Of a DNA stretch of 64,000 nucleotides, positions 18,126 to 26,976 are shown one piece after another (position 1 is the first letter of the stretch; each line of letters opens with the position of its first letter). The stretch lies in the NCBI GenBank assembly GCA_002700285.1, contig PACT01000022.1:120429-184428 (forward strand), read 5' to 3'. The position numbers and the translations under genes are program-made. The notes under the pieces are model-generated. The model did no database searches, was not told the DNA's origin, and was given only the letters and a program-made list of their open reading frames with translations. The DNA is from Crocinitomicaceae bacterium. Its GTDB lineage: Bacteria; Bacteroidota; Bacteroidia; Flavobacteriales_D; Sanyastnellaceae.

Positions 18126-20321
18126 TCAAAAGACACAAGGTTGTCCAAAATCTGAAAGAATAGACAGTAAATCACTGACGTTGACATTGCCGTCATTTGT
18201 CACATCTGCAGTGCATCCTGAACCGCAACCGAATTCTGACAAAACCAGAAGAATATCCACCACGTTAATTGCCCCATCAACATTTGCATCATTTAAGCAA
18301 AAACAACTCTCTGGAGCGCTGAAAACGGCCAAGAATCCTGCGCCACACCCAATATCATCAACGAAGTCGATATTTAAATCAACGGTTAAGCCGTTTGAAA
18401 CAAGGTCTTCTAAAGTCAGTGTGGCAAGTATAGCTGCACCTGAAAGACTGCTCGTGTTGTTCTCATCGAGCATGAAATCTTGACCATTTAAAGTGATTTC
18501 ACCTGAGGCAGGAGGGTCTAAAAGTGTCAAATTTATTTCCTGTGTGTATAACCCAGAATTCAGGTCACACTCCGACGTGACTCCCGCGCTCGCGTCTATG
18601 ACATTACAAACGTAAGGCACAAAGCTCCACTCTGTCAGGCCAAATTCACCAGTACCAGTATAAATAAATGGAGGTTCTCCCGCAATAAAGTCGTTGTCTT
18701 CCCAGATGTTATTTGCCACTGCGTTAAGCTCTGCGGCGTGATTAGGACTCCCCCATTGAACATAGTCAACAATTTGATTTATGGGGTTGACGAGCGACAA
18801 TTCTCCTTCATTTGTATAGATGAATGAAGGGTTCCAGTCTGACCAAACCACCTCTAAGGTCTCCCCCGCTATAAAGACGTATCCAGGTGTCACAAGCGTC
18901 ACAAGCGTCACTTCTGAAAAGTCAGAAAACAGGCGGAATCCGTCCAAGTCATCGTCACAATCGCCCATGTTATTTATTGATATTGTTTTTGTTACGGGGT
19001 TAACTTCAGAAATTCTTAAATTGAGGCAACAAGGATCAATGGCAGTGTACGCCGCTGGGAATGTCACAATACAATCGGGCTGAGATGTAAAATACACCTC
19101 TACATCAACGGGTAGACCGTCTGCAGGCTGATTGACCAGGGTAACTGTTTGGGGACTTGATCCTATCGCATGAGAGGTGCCGTTCACAACGATTACCCCT
19201 GTGGTAGGATTGTTTTCATAGGTGATTACAACCTGTTGCGTATATGTGCTTGTCGCGGGATTACAAGGCAATTGAAGGCCTGAAACAGCGGACAGAATCT
19301 CACAGTTTTCAGAGATAAGATCCATACTCCACCCCATGTCTTTAAACATGCCTTCAGCAACAGGGCCAGGATTGTGGATTGCTTCTGCAGTTCCTAAGAA
19401 AGGTGTCATTAAGGAATTTTCACTTCCTGATGGGTACGTGTTTTCTCTCAGGTGTGAATAACTGGACCCTCCATTCCAATTTGAAGGCGCATAAAGTCTA
19501 GGCCTACCTATGGTCGAAGCATCCCATCCTTCTTCCCCACTCCAAAACAGCGCATCACTTTCCAGTTCCTCACCTAAGGCAATGGTTCCGCTGTTAAAAC
19601 TAAGGATGTCTATCCCAGCTCCAGTTTCAACGAAAACATCGTAAATCAGCGGCGTTCCAGATACGCCCGTAAAGCCAGAGTTTCCATTGTGAGTGGCACT
19701 GCCTATAAAACCGAGTCCATGACTCACCTCATGAAGTGCAACGGTTACAAAATCATATTTACCGCCAGGCGTGTTGCCATCAATGCCGTAATACCAATTG
19801 ATATCATCACCAAAAGTAATATTCAGGTCGGGCTGTCCGGGCGAAAGATCACTAACAGACAGTGCGTTTGCCAATGCCCCAGGAAAATATTTATTTGCTG
19901 ACGTCGCGCCAGGGAAGTTTGAGTGCAACGTCTCCGGACCTGCTTGAGCAAGGACTCCTGTGTTTAAAGTGCCCCAATCAGCGTTCACCCAAATCGTGAT
20001 TTCACTGTTTAAAATCTGCCCCCAAATATCCAATGCGTATTCAAGCGCAGTTTGTGCCTCTTCAGGAAACCCTTGACTGTATGTCACGACAATATTAGAC
20101 ATCCGATCAGCTCCAGGTGTAAACCACTGGGGAGGATCGACTTTAGAGAACGCGTCTCGTCCTGTTCCAACCAAACCTGGGTTAGAACCCGAATGACATG
20201 TCTCAGATAAATTGTGTTCAGCGATTTTCTCTCGCAGGGACGGGGGCCCGAAAAGGTTTTGGCCCCAAAGATTCCCTCCAAATGTGAGAAAAACGAAATA
20301 GATGAATAGTCTTTGAATCAT
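18126..20321 (-). CDS. secreted HExxH zinc metalloprotease with lamin-tail-like domain and C-terminal dockerin-like module
   Basis: Signal peptide MIQRLFIYFVFLTFGGNLWGQ and VALHEVSHGLGF (HExxHxLGF, leishmanolysin/metzincin-like). The LTD-like segment is LRISEVNP...VDYVQWGSP. The tail is CLNDANVDGAINVVDILLVLSEFGC..CTADVTNDGNVNVSDLLSILSDFGQPC. Confidence 0.7.
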   Translation of the reverse strand: MIQRLFIYFVFLTFGGNLWGQNLFGPPSLREKIAEHNLSETCHSGSNPGLVGTGRDAFSKVDPPQWFTPGADRMSNIVVTYSQGFPEEAQTALEYALDIWGQILNSEITIWVNADWGTLNTGVLAQAGPETLHSNFPGATSANKYFPGALANALSVSDLSPGQPDLNITFGDDINWYYGIDGNTPGGKYDFVTVALHEVSHGLGFIGSATHNGNSGFTGVSGTPLIYDVFVETGAGIDILSFNSGTIALGEELESDALFWSGEEGWDASTIGRPRLYAPSNWNGGSSYSHLRENTYPSGSENSLMTPFLGTAEAIHNPGPVAEGMFKDMGWSMDLISENCEILSAVSGLQLPCNPATSTYTQQVVITYENNPTTGVIVVNGTSHAIGSSPQTVTLVNQPADGLPVDVEVYFTSQPDCIVTFPAAYTAIDPCCLNLRISEVNPVTKTISINNMGDCDDDLDGFRLFSDFSEVTLVTLVTPGYVFIAGETLEVVWSDWNPSFIYTNEGELSLVNPINQIVDYVQWGSPNHAAELNAVANNIWEDNDFIAGEPPFIYTGTGEFGLTEWSFVPYVCNVIDASAGVTSECDLNSGLYTQEINLTLLDPPASGEITLNGQDFMLDENNTSSLSGAAILATLTLEDLVSNGLTVDLNIDFVDDIGCGAGFLAVFSAPESCFCLNDANVDGAINVVDILLVLSEFGCGSGCTADVTNDGNVNVSDLLSILSDFGQPCVF
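18889..18911 (-). repeat. in-frame 9-nt tandem repeat (2.5 copies of gtcacaagc) encoding VTLVTLVT
   Basis: The sequence gtcacaagc gtcacaagc gtcac is read directly. The minus-strand translation is EVTLVTLVTPG. Confidence 0.85.
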
Positions 20322-20397
20322 GTTAGGACACGTATTATGTTCTATTAAGATACAACATAAACATGTCTACATACAATTTATGTATAGTTTGTTGTTG

Positions 20398-21054
20398 TTA
20401 TGCAATCGCAACAACCTCATTCACTTCTTCAATTTTTGAGGAGAGAAGTGTTTCGATCCCACCTTTCAAAGTCTCTGTCGAAGATGGACAACCGGCACAT
20501 GCCCCTCTCAGTTGTACGTAAACAACCCCATCTTTAAATCCCACAAAATCGATGGCTCCACCATCTTGTTCTACAGCGGGTCTTACAAATTCATTAAGGA
20601 GGTCTCCTATTTGTTGGTCGAACTCAGTAGGGGATAGGTTCTCAGATTCAATTAACGTTTCTATTGTAACGGCTGATTTTCCTTCTTGACCGGTTGAATC
20701 ACTTGATGGTGACAGTTCAGGTATTTTATCTTCTGTGACAGCAAACTCGTTATCTACAAGCCATTCCCTGATATATTCTCGAAGCTGCATTACAATCATT
20801 TCCCATCCCAAAGATTCATCTTTCGACACAGAAACGATGTTTCCGCTAATAAAAACACCAGTCACAAATGGGAAATTGAACAGTTCTGCCGCAAGTGGGG
20901 AACATACTTTTGCATCCTGTTGATTCAGAAAATCCAATTGGTGTAATTCAGAAACGAGTTGTCTGTCCACCATGAATTTCATTGTTGCTGGATTCGGCGT
21001 CATCTCAGCGTACACTGTAGTTGGGAATTTCGGTTTTTCCATGTTGTTTTCCAT
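20398..21054 (-). CDS. NifU/Nfu-type Fe-S scaffold or carrier protein
   Basis: Nfu N-terminal domain (TPNPATMKF) plus a NifU C-terminal domain with GACAGCPSS. Confidence 0.85.
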   Translation of the reverse strand: MENNMEKPKFPTTVYAEMTPNPATMKFMVDRQLVSELHQLDFLNQQDAKVCSPLAAELFNFPFVTGVFISGNIVSVSKDESLGWEMIVMQLREYIREWLVDNEFAVTEDKIPELSPSSDSTGQEGKSAVTIETLIESENLSPTEFDQQIGDLLNEFVRPAVEQDGGAIDFVGFKDGVVYVQLRGACAGCPSSTETLKGGIETLLSSKIEEVNEVVAIA

Positions 21055-21152
21055 AGCTTTCTATGTGTTGACTAATCTTATGCAAGATACTTCCGAATAA
21101 TTCAGGACATTCCTCAGGAGTCATTAACTTGCCCTCTAGACAAAATAAACTC

Positions 21153-24100
21153 ATGCGCAAACCATTATCTCTTCTTCTTAACTGCTTATTTGCTGCAGGG
21201 GTTTTTGCACAAATTCCAACCCCCGCCTCTTCTACCTTTCCTGTAAATGGAACTTTAGACAAACATTTGGTGAAAATTGTTCTTGAACATGGGACGGTGC
21301 ATGTTGATGCATCGACTGTCCTCGAAGATGCTACTGTGGTTCTTTTCAGAGGCCAAATACAAGATGTTAATCCAGAATCAATCACAGGGCCAGCTGTTCG
21401 TATGGACCTCACAGGATATCACCTTTACCCATCTTTTGTAGACTTGCATTCGTCATATGGTCTTCCAGAAGTGAAACCTGCGACGTGGTCTAGATCTCCT
21501 CAGTACGAGACTAACATTAAAGGCGCGTATGGTTGGAATCAAGCCATTCGACCAGAAATTGATGCCTTTGAGAAATTTATTCCCAACGAAAAAGAAGCCA
21601 AGGCGCTTCGTCAAGCTGGGTTTGGCGCGCTCCTTACCCATGTCCCAGATGGCATTGTGCGAGGTTCGGGCGCGCTTGTTATGCCTGTAGATGATGCCCG
21701 TGAGGCGATGCTTCTTCCTCTTGCTACAACACATTTAAGCTTCCGTAAGGGGTCTTCTCGCCAATCTTATCCGAGTTCTCTCATGGGAGCTACCGCTCTT
21801 CTTCGCCAAACCTACCATGATGCTTTGTGGTACGCTTCCGCGTCAAAGGACCATCTTGCTGGAGGAACAAATCTCTCACTAGAAGCATTTAATTTAAATG
21901 CCCACGTCCCTGTCATTTTCTCAGCGGGAAGTTGGAAGGATATACTTCGTGCGGATGTCCTTTCGAAGGAGTTCGATTTGGATTACATTCTCTTAGGAGG
22001 TGGCGATGGCTATCAGCGTGCTCAAGAAATAAAGTCTACTGGAGCGACCATTATTGTTCCAGTTAATTATCCAAATCCCTATGATCTCAGCGATCCCTTT
22101 CTTGCGAGATTTATTTCTTTAACTGAACTCAAGCACTGGGAGCTTGCGCCGAGCAATGCCGCAATGCTTCATTCTGCTGGAATAAAATTCTGTCTGACAG
22201 CACAAGGGTTAAAAAGTCCATCCCAGTTTCTCCCAGCAGTACGTCAAGCTGTAGATAGAGGTTTACCTATTGATGTGGCTTTGCGTGCCATGACTGAAGC
22301 CCCCGCAAAATTACTCGGTGTTTCTGAACTTGTCGGAATGATTAAACCAGGACTTAAAGCAAACATCATCGTTGCGGACGGTCCTTTATTTGATTCCGAG
22401 ACGAAGTTGGTAGAGCATTGGGTCAGTGGAAACCCGACCATCATGCTTGATCGGGGCGCTTTAGATATCGCAGGAGAATATGACATTTCTTTTGGAGGGT
22501 ATGGAGAGGAATTGAAGCATATCTCAGTAAAAGAAGGATGGAAAGCAGTAGAAGAAATAAATGATACAACAAAGAAAAAAGTATCTATTACGCTTGACAA
22601 CAGAACAGTCGTCCTTGGATTCGATACAGACAAAGGGCCACTTAGACTCACAGGTAATGTTTGGATGGACAGCAGGATTTGGGAGGGTTCAGTTCAGATG
22701 TTCGATGGCACTTGGGCTTCGTGGAGTGCTGTAAAAATAGATTCTCAAGAGAACGCGTCCGTGACTGACTCAACGCGCATTGACGACACCACTCCGGAAT
22801 CCCTTGGGGAAGTATTTTATCCCTTTACAGCGTATGGTTCTCCGAAAAACCCATCCATCGTAGTTTCGGAGAAGGCAGTTGTAATTCGAGGGGCGACAGT
22901 TTGGACATGTGAAAATGATGGAATCTTAAAGGACACAGATGTACTCCTTTACAAGGGGAAAATTATTGCGGTGGGGTCGAGACTCAATGTGAGTGAATTC
23001 ATCGGAGCGAACATTGATACAGAAGAAATCAATGGCAGAGGAATGCATCTTACTCCTGGTATTATAGATGAACACTCTCATATTGCGATTGAAAGGGGCG
23101 TCAATGAGGCCACTCAGGCAAGTAGCGCGGAGGTTTGGATTGGTCATTCGTTAAATAGCGAAGATGTAAATATCTACAGGCAACTTGCGGGAGGCGTCAC
23201 CTGTGCTCAACTTCTGCATGGATCTGCCAACCCAATAGGAGGGCAAAGTGCAGTGATCAAGTTTAGATGGGGTTCAAAGCCTGCTGATTTGTTGTACAAG
23301 GATGCGACACCTTTTATCAAGTTTGCACTTGGCGAAAATGTAAAACAGAGCAATTGGGGCGATGCTCAAAAAATCAGATTCCCCCAATCTAGAATGGGCG
23401 TAGAGCAAGTGTTTTATGACCACTTCATCCGCGCGCGTGAGTATGGCGCGTCGTTTGTCACATACCGTCATGATCTGTCAAAAACAAGCCGCCGCGATTT
23501 AAAATTAGGCAAAGGACCCCTCAAGCCTCGCTACGACATTGAACTTGAGACCCTGCTTCAGATTTTAAGAGAAGAACGATTTGTAACATGTCACAGCTAC
23601 AGACAAGACGAGATAAATATGCTGATGCATGTCGCGGACTCCATGAATTTTCGACTGAATACGTTTACACATATCCTCGAGGGTTATAAAGTAGCCGATA
23701 AGATGAAAGAACACGGTGCAGGGGGGTCAACTTTCAGTGATTGGTGGGCATATAAATATGAAGTAAAAGACGCAATACCTTATAACGGGGCGATTTTATA
23801 TGGCCAAGGAATTACGACAGCATTCAACAGTGATGATGCAGAAATGGCACGGCGCCTCAATCAAGAAGCGGCGAAGGCCGTGAAGTACGGGCAAGTTCCA
23901 GAAGAAGAGGCCCTCAAATTTGTAACGCTTAATCCCGCAAAATTGCTCCATATTGATCACAAAACGGGATCAATAAAAGTGGGTAAAGATGCCGACATCG
24001 TGGTTTGGGATGACAATCCCTTAAGCATGAATGCGCGAGCCGTCAGGACCTACGTGGAGGGAGAATGCCTGTTCAGTTTGGAGCAAGATTTGATTTTACG

Positions 24101-24233
24101 AGAATCAAACCAGACCGAGCGTGCCCGTATCACAAAGAAGATGCTGGCGACAGAATCAGAAGTAATGCAAAAACCCTCAGAGAAAATTCGCACACATTAC
24201 CATTGTGACACAGAAACAGAGGAAAACAACTAA
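21153..24233 (+). CDS. large secreted amidohydrolase-family protein (two tandem amidohydrolase-fold modules)
   Basis: Signal peptide MRKPLSLLLNCLFAAGVFAQ. The first module has a degenerate metal motif (FVDLHSSYG). The second has the canonical IIDEHSHIA and a C-terminal GSIKVGKDADIVVWD. I use the ATG at 21153; the track starts at the TTG at 21129. Confidence 0.8.
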   Translation: MRKPLSLLLNCLFAAGVFAQIPTPASSTFPVNGTLDKHLVKIVLEHGTVHVDASTVLEDATVVLFRGQIQDVNPESITGPAVRMDLTGYHLYPSFVDLHSSYGLPEVKPATWSRSPQYETNIKGAYGWNQAIRPEIDAFEKFIPNEKEAKALRQAGFGALLTHVPDGIVRGSGALVMPVDDAREAMLLPLATTHLSFRKGSSRQSYPSSLMGATALLRQTYHDALWYASASKDHLAGGTNLSLEAFNLNAHVPVIFSAGSWKDILRADVLSKEFDLDYILLGGGDGYQRAQEIKSTGATIIVPVNYPNPYDLSDPFLARFISLTELKHWELAPSNAAMLHSAGIKFCLTAQGLKSPSQFLPAVRQAVDRGLPIDVALRAMTEAPAKLLGVSELVGMIKPGLKANIIVADGPLFDSETKLVEHWVSGNPTIMLDRGALDIAGEYDISFGGYGEELKHISVKEGWKAVEEINDTTKKKVSITLDNRTVVLGFDTDKGPLRLTGNVWMDSRIWEGSVQMFDGTWASWSAVKIDSQENASVTDSTRIDDTTPESLGEVFYPFTAYGSPKNPSIVVSEKAVVIRGATVWTCENDGILKDTDVLLYKGKIIAVGSRLNVSEFIGANIDTEEINGRGMHLTPGIIDEHSHIAIERGVNEATQASSAEVWIGHSLNSEDVNIYRQLAGGVTCAQLLHGSANPIGGQSAVIKFRWGSKPADLLYKDATPFIKFALGENVKQSNWGDAQKIRFPQSRMGVEQVFYDHFIRAREYGASFVTYRHDLSKTSRRDLKLGKGPLKPRYDIELETLLQILREERFVTCHSYRQDEINMLMHVADSMNFRLNTFTHILEGYKVADKMKEHGAGGSTFSDWWAYKYEVKDAIPYNGAILYGQGITTAFNSDDAEMARRLNQEAAKAVKYGQVPEEEALKFVTLNPAKLLHIDHKTGSIKVGKDADIVVWDDNPLSMNARAVRTYVEGECLFSLEQDLILRESNQTERARITKKMLATESEVMQKPSEKIRTHYHCDTETEENN

Positions 24234-24236
24234 GTC

Positions 24237-25550
24237 ATGAGATACGCTATACTATTCATACTTACAGGGTTTGTTTCGACAGCATTCCTTTCTCAGCAGA
24301 CACCTGCTCCAGAACAAACACGTTCTATTCTTATCTTAGGAGGAACAGCTCATCTGGGTACAGGTGATGCCATAGAAGATGCCGCGATAGGTTTCAGAGA
24401 TGGAAAAATAGACTTTGTAGGAAGGACTTTTCAAGCAGATAAAAGCAAATATGATGAAACAATAGACGCTACAGGGAAACAAATATATCCCGGGTTTATT
24501 GTGACAAACACCACCTTAGGTTTGCAGGAAATCGGTGCCGTTAGAGCGACCCAAGATCAATATGAAGTGGGAACGTTCCGACCAAATGTCAGGGCGATTA
24601 TCGCGTTCAACACAGACTCCGAAATTACGCCTACTGTCCGTTCAAATGGTGTACTAATGGGTCAAATCACACCACGTAATGGTGTTATTTCTGGCGCTTC
24701 AGGAGTCGTTCAGTTTGACGGATGGAATTGGGAAGATGCGTCAATAAAAATGGTGGATGGCATTCATTTGAACTGGCCTTCAACCCATCACAAACACGCT
24801 GTAGACGGCAAAATCGATATACGTAAGCGCAAAACATATACTCAGCAAAAGCATGAAATTGAAAGGTATTTTGCCGAAGCGCGTGCCTATGCCGATGCAC
24901 ACCCCACACCTTCCACTTCGGTAATGGATGTCCGACACGAGGCCATGCGTGGCATTTTTGATGGATCACTTGCACTTTATTGTCACGCCTCAGATGTCCG
25001 AGAGATTACAGAAGCAGTTCACTTCAAACGTGAAATGGGCATTAAACGGCTTGTGATCGTCGGCGGATACGATGCCTACCTCGTGGGCGATATTTTACGC
25101 GAAAACAATGTTAGTGTTTTGCTGACGAGCGTTCACAGACTACCGAGATTCACAGAAGATGATATTGATTTGCCCTTTCGTTTGCCAAAACTACTCGCGG
25201 ACGAAGGGGTCCTCTATGCGCTCCAAGTTGATGCCAGAATGACGGAGATGAATACCCGAAATCTTCCATTCTATGCTGGCACAGCTCGCAAATATGGTCT
25301 TACAGAAGAGCAGGCGATTATGGCACTCACCCGCAATCCTGCAAAAATATTGGGCGTGGATGATGTATGCGGAACCATTGAAAGAGGCAAAGACGCAACT
25401 CTATTTATCTCTGACGGAGATGCTTTAGACGTCCGTACAAACCGTCTGATACATGCGTTTATTCAAGGTCGAAAGATGGATCTTGACAACCGTCAAAAAA
25501 AGCTTTACAGAAAATTTCAAACCAAATACGGCGCCGAGTTGCGCGATTGA
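24237..25550 (+). CDS. secreted amidohydrolase-family protein (degenerate metal site)
   Basis: Signal peptide and the amidohydrolase C-terminal motif GTIERGKDATLFISDGD. The position of the HxH motif reads FIVTNTTLG. It starts 3 nt after the preceding stop. Confidence 0.75.
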   Translation: MRYAILFILTGFVSTAFLSQQTPAPEQTRSILILGGTAHLGTGDAIEDAAIGFRDGKIDFVGRTFQADKSKYDETIDATGKQIYPGFIVTNTTLGLQEIGAVRATQDQYEVGTFRPNVRAIIAFNTDSEITPTVRSNGVLMGQITPRNGVISGASGVVQFDGWNWEDASIKMVDGIHLNWPSTHHKHAVDGKIDIRKRKTYTQQKHEIERYFAEARAYADAHPTPSTSVMDVRHEAMRGIFDGSLALYCHASDVREITEAVHFKREMGIKRLVIVGGYDAYLVGDILRENNVSVLLTSVHRLPRFTEDDIDLPFRLPKLLADEGVLYALQVDARMTEMNTRNLPFYAGTARKYGLTEEQAIMALTRNPAKILGVDDVCGTIERGKDATLFISDGDALDVRTNRLIHAFIQGRKMDLDNRQKKLYRKFQTKYGAELRD

Positions 25551-25578
25551 TTTAGAACTAGGCGTGAAGACTTTGGTC

Positions 25579-26550
25579 TTAGTACCCGATTTTTGATCTT
25601 ACGCGGGACAGAACTTCGGCGGCGACATTTCGGGCCTGTTCAGCGCCATTTGACAATGCGTGATCTATCTCTTCACGGTTTGTCATAAGTGCGTTAAAAC
25701 GTGACCGCTCAGACTCAAAACCGTCCACCAGTGCTTCTAGCAGCGCTTTTTTTGCGTGTCCCCAACCGTATCCTCCCGCACGTAAGGCATCAGCCATTTT
25801 TTGGGCTTCATCTTGAGAGGCAATCAATTCATACAATTTGAAGACAACAGAAGAATCGGGGTCTTTAGGGTCTTCTAGGGGAGTGGCGTCTGTGATTATT
25901 TTCTTATTGATGGCTTTTTTTAGTGTGCCAGCATCGTCGAAAATGTTAATCGTATTTTCCTGTGATTTAGACATCTTTCCTCCATCCGTACCAGGCACAT
26001 ACATGGTTGATTCGCTTGTGAGTGCCTCAGGCAAAATGAGTGTGTCTCCAAACTTGTGATTAAACCGAGATGCGACATCACGGGTCATTTCGAGGTGCTG
26101 CATTTGGTCTTTTCCAACAGGAACCTTCTGCGCATCATACAAAAGAATGTCAGCTGCCATAAGCATGGGGTACCCAAAAAGGCCTGCATTTACATCCTCT
26201 AAGCGGTCGGATTTGTCCTTAAAGCTGTGGGCCAAACCGAGTCGAGAATATGGGAACATGCATTGTAAATACCACGCCAATTCAGTCACCTCTGGCACAT
26301 CGCTTTGACGGTAAAACACACTCCTCGACACATCCAGCCCACACGCCATCCAAGAAGCAGCAACTGCGTATGTGTTGTTTTTGAGGAGCTCTGCATCTTT
26401 GATTTGTGTCAACGAATGCATGTCTGCAATAAACAGATACGAATCGTTTGCGGGGTCATTTGCAAGATCTATGGCAGGCTTAATTGCACCGAGGATGTTA
26501 CCAAGATGTGGTGTTCCAGTACTTTGTATACCTGTGAGTATGCGTGACAT
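25579..26550 (-). CDS. trpS: tryptophan--tRNA ligase
   Basis: HIGH-type motif GTPHLGNILG, KMSKS motif GGKMSKSQ, 323 aa. Confidence 0.95.
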   Translation of the reverse strand: MSRILTGIQSTGTPHLGNILGAIKPAIDLANDPANDSYLFIADMHSLTQIKDAELLKNNTYAVAASWMACGLDVSRSVFYRQSDVPEVTELAWYLQCMFPYSRLGLAHSFKDKSDRLEDVNAGLFGYPMLMAADILLYDAQKVPVGKDQMQHLEMTRDVASRFNHKFGDTLILPEALTSESTMYVPGTDGGKMSKSQENTINIFDDAGTLKKAINKKIITDATPLEDPKDPDSSVVFKLYELIASQDEAQKMADALRAGGYGWGHAKKALLEALVDGFESERSRFNALMTNREEIDHALSNGAEQARNVAAEVLSRVRSKIGY

Positions 26551-26565
26551 TTTTTTGTGAGAATA

Positions 26566-26976
26566 TCAGCAGAACTCGTTGAACGCTTGTTTCAGATGTT
26601 CAGAGATCGCCTCTGCCGTGTTTCCTTCAATGTGATGACGCTCTACCATCATCGCCAACTTTCCATCTTTAAAAAGTGCAATACTTGGAGACGAGGGAGG
26701 GTAGGGTAGCATAAACTTGCGCGCCTGTGCGACAGCTTCTATATCAAATCCTGCAAAAGATGTTGTAAGGTTGTCAGGTAATTTTTCATTGTCGAGACAT
26801 GCTTTTAGTGCAGGACGCATAGAGCCTGCAGAGCATCCGCAAACACTATTTAGAGCTACAATTGTCGTTCCCGGTCTTTCCAGAGCTGAGCTAACATCTT
26901 GAGGCGTAAGTAATTCTTCGAAACCGACCTCTACGAGCTCGGCTTTCATGGGGGCAACTAATTCAGCTGGGTACAT
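26566..26976 (-). CDS. bacilliredoxin (BrxA/BrxB, YphP/YqiW family, DUF1094)
   Basis: [22 protein letters not shown]...NSVCGCSAGSMRPA carries the family CGC redox motif. Its start overlaps the aspS stop (TAATG). Confidence 0.85.
   Translation of the reverse strand: MYPAELVAPMKAELVEVGFEELLTPQDVSSALERPGTTIVALNSVCGCSAGSMRPALKACLDNEKLPDNLTTSFAGFDIEAVAQARKFMLPYPPSSPSIALFKDGKLAMMVERHHIEGNTAEAISEHLKQAFNEFC

Noticed and set aside
25567-25580. The hairpin aagac-tttg-gtctt between the convergent amidohydrolase and trpS genes, considered as a terminator.
   Set aside because: The stem is only 5 bp, it overlaps the trpS stop codon, and it has no U-run.
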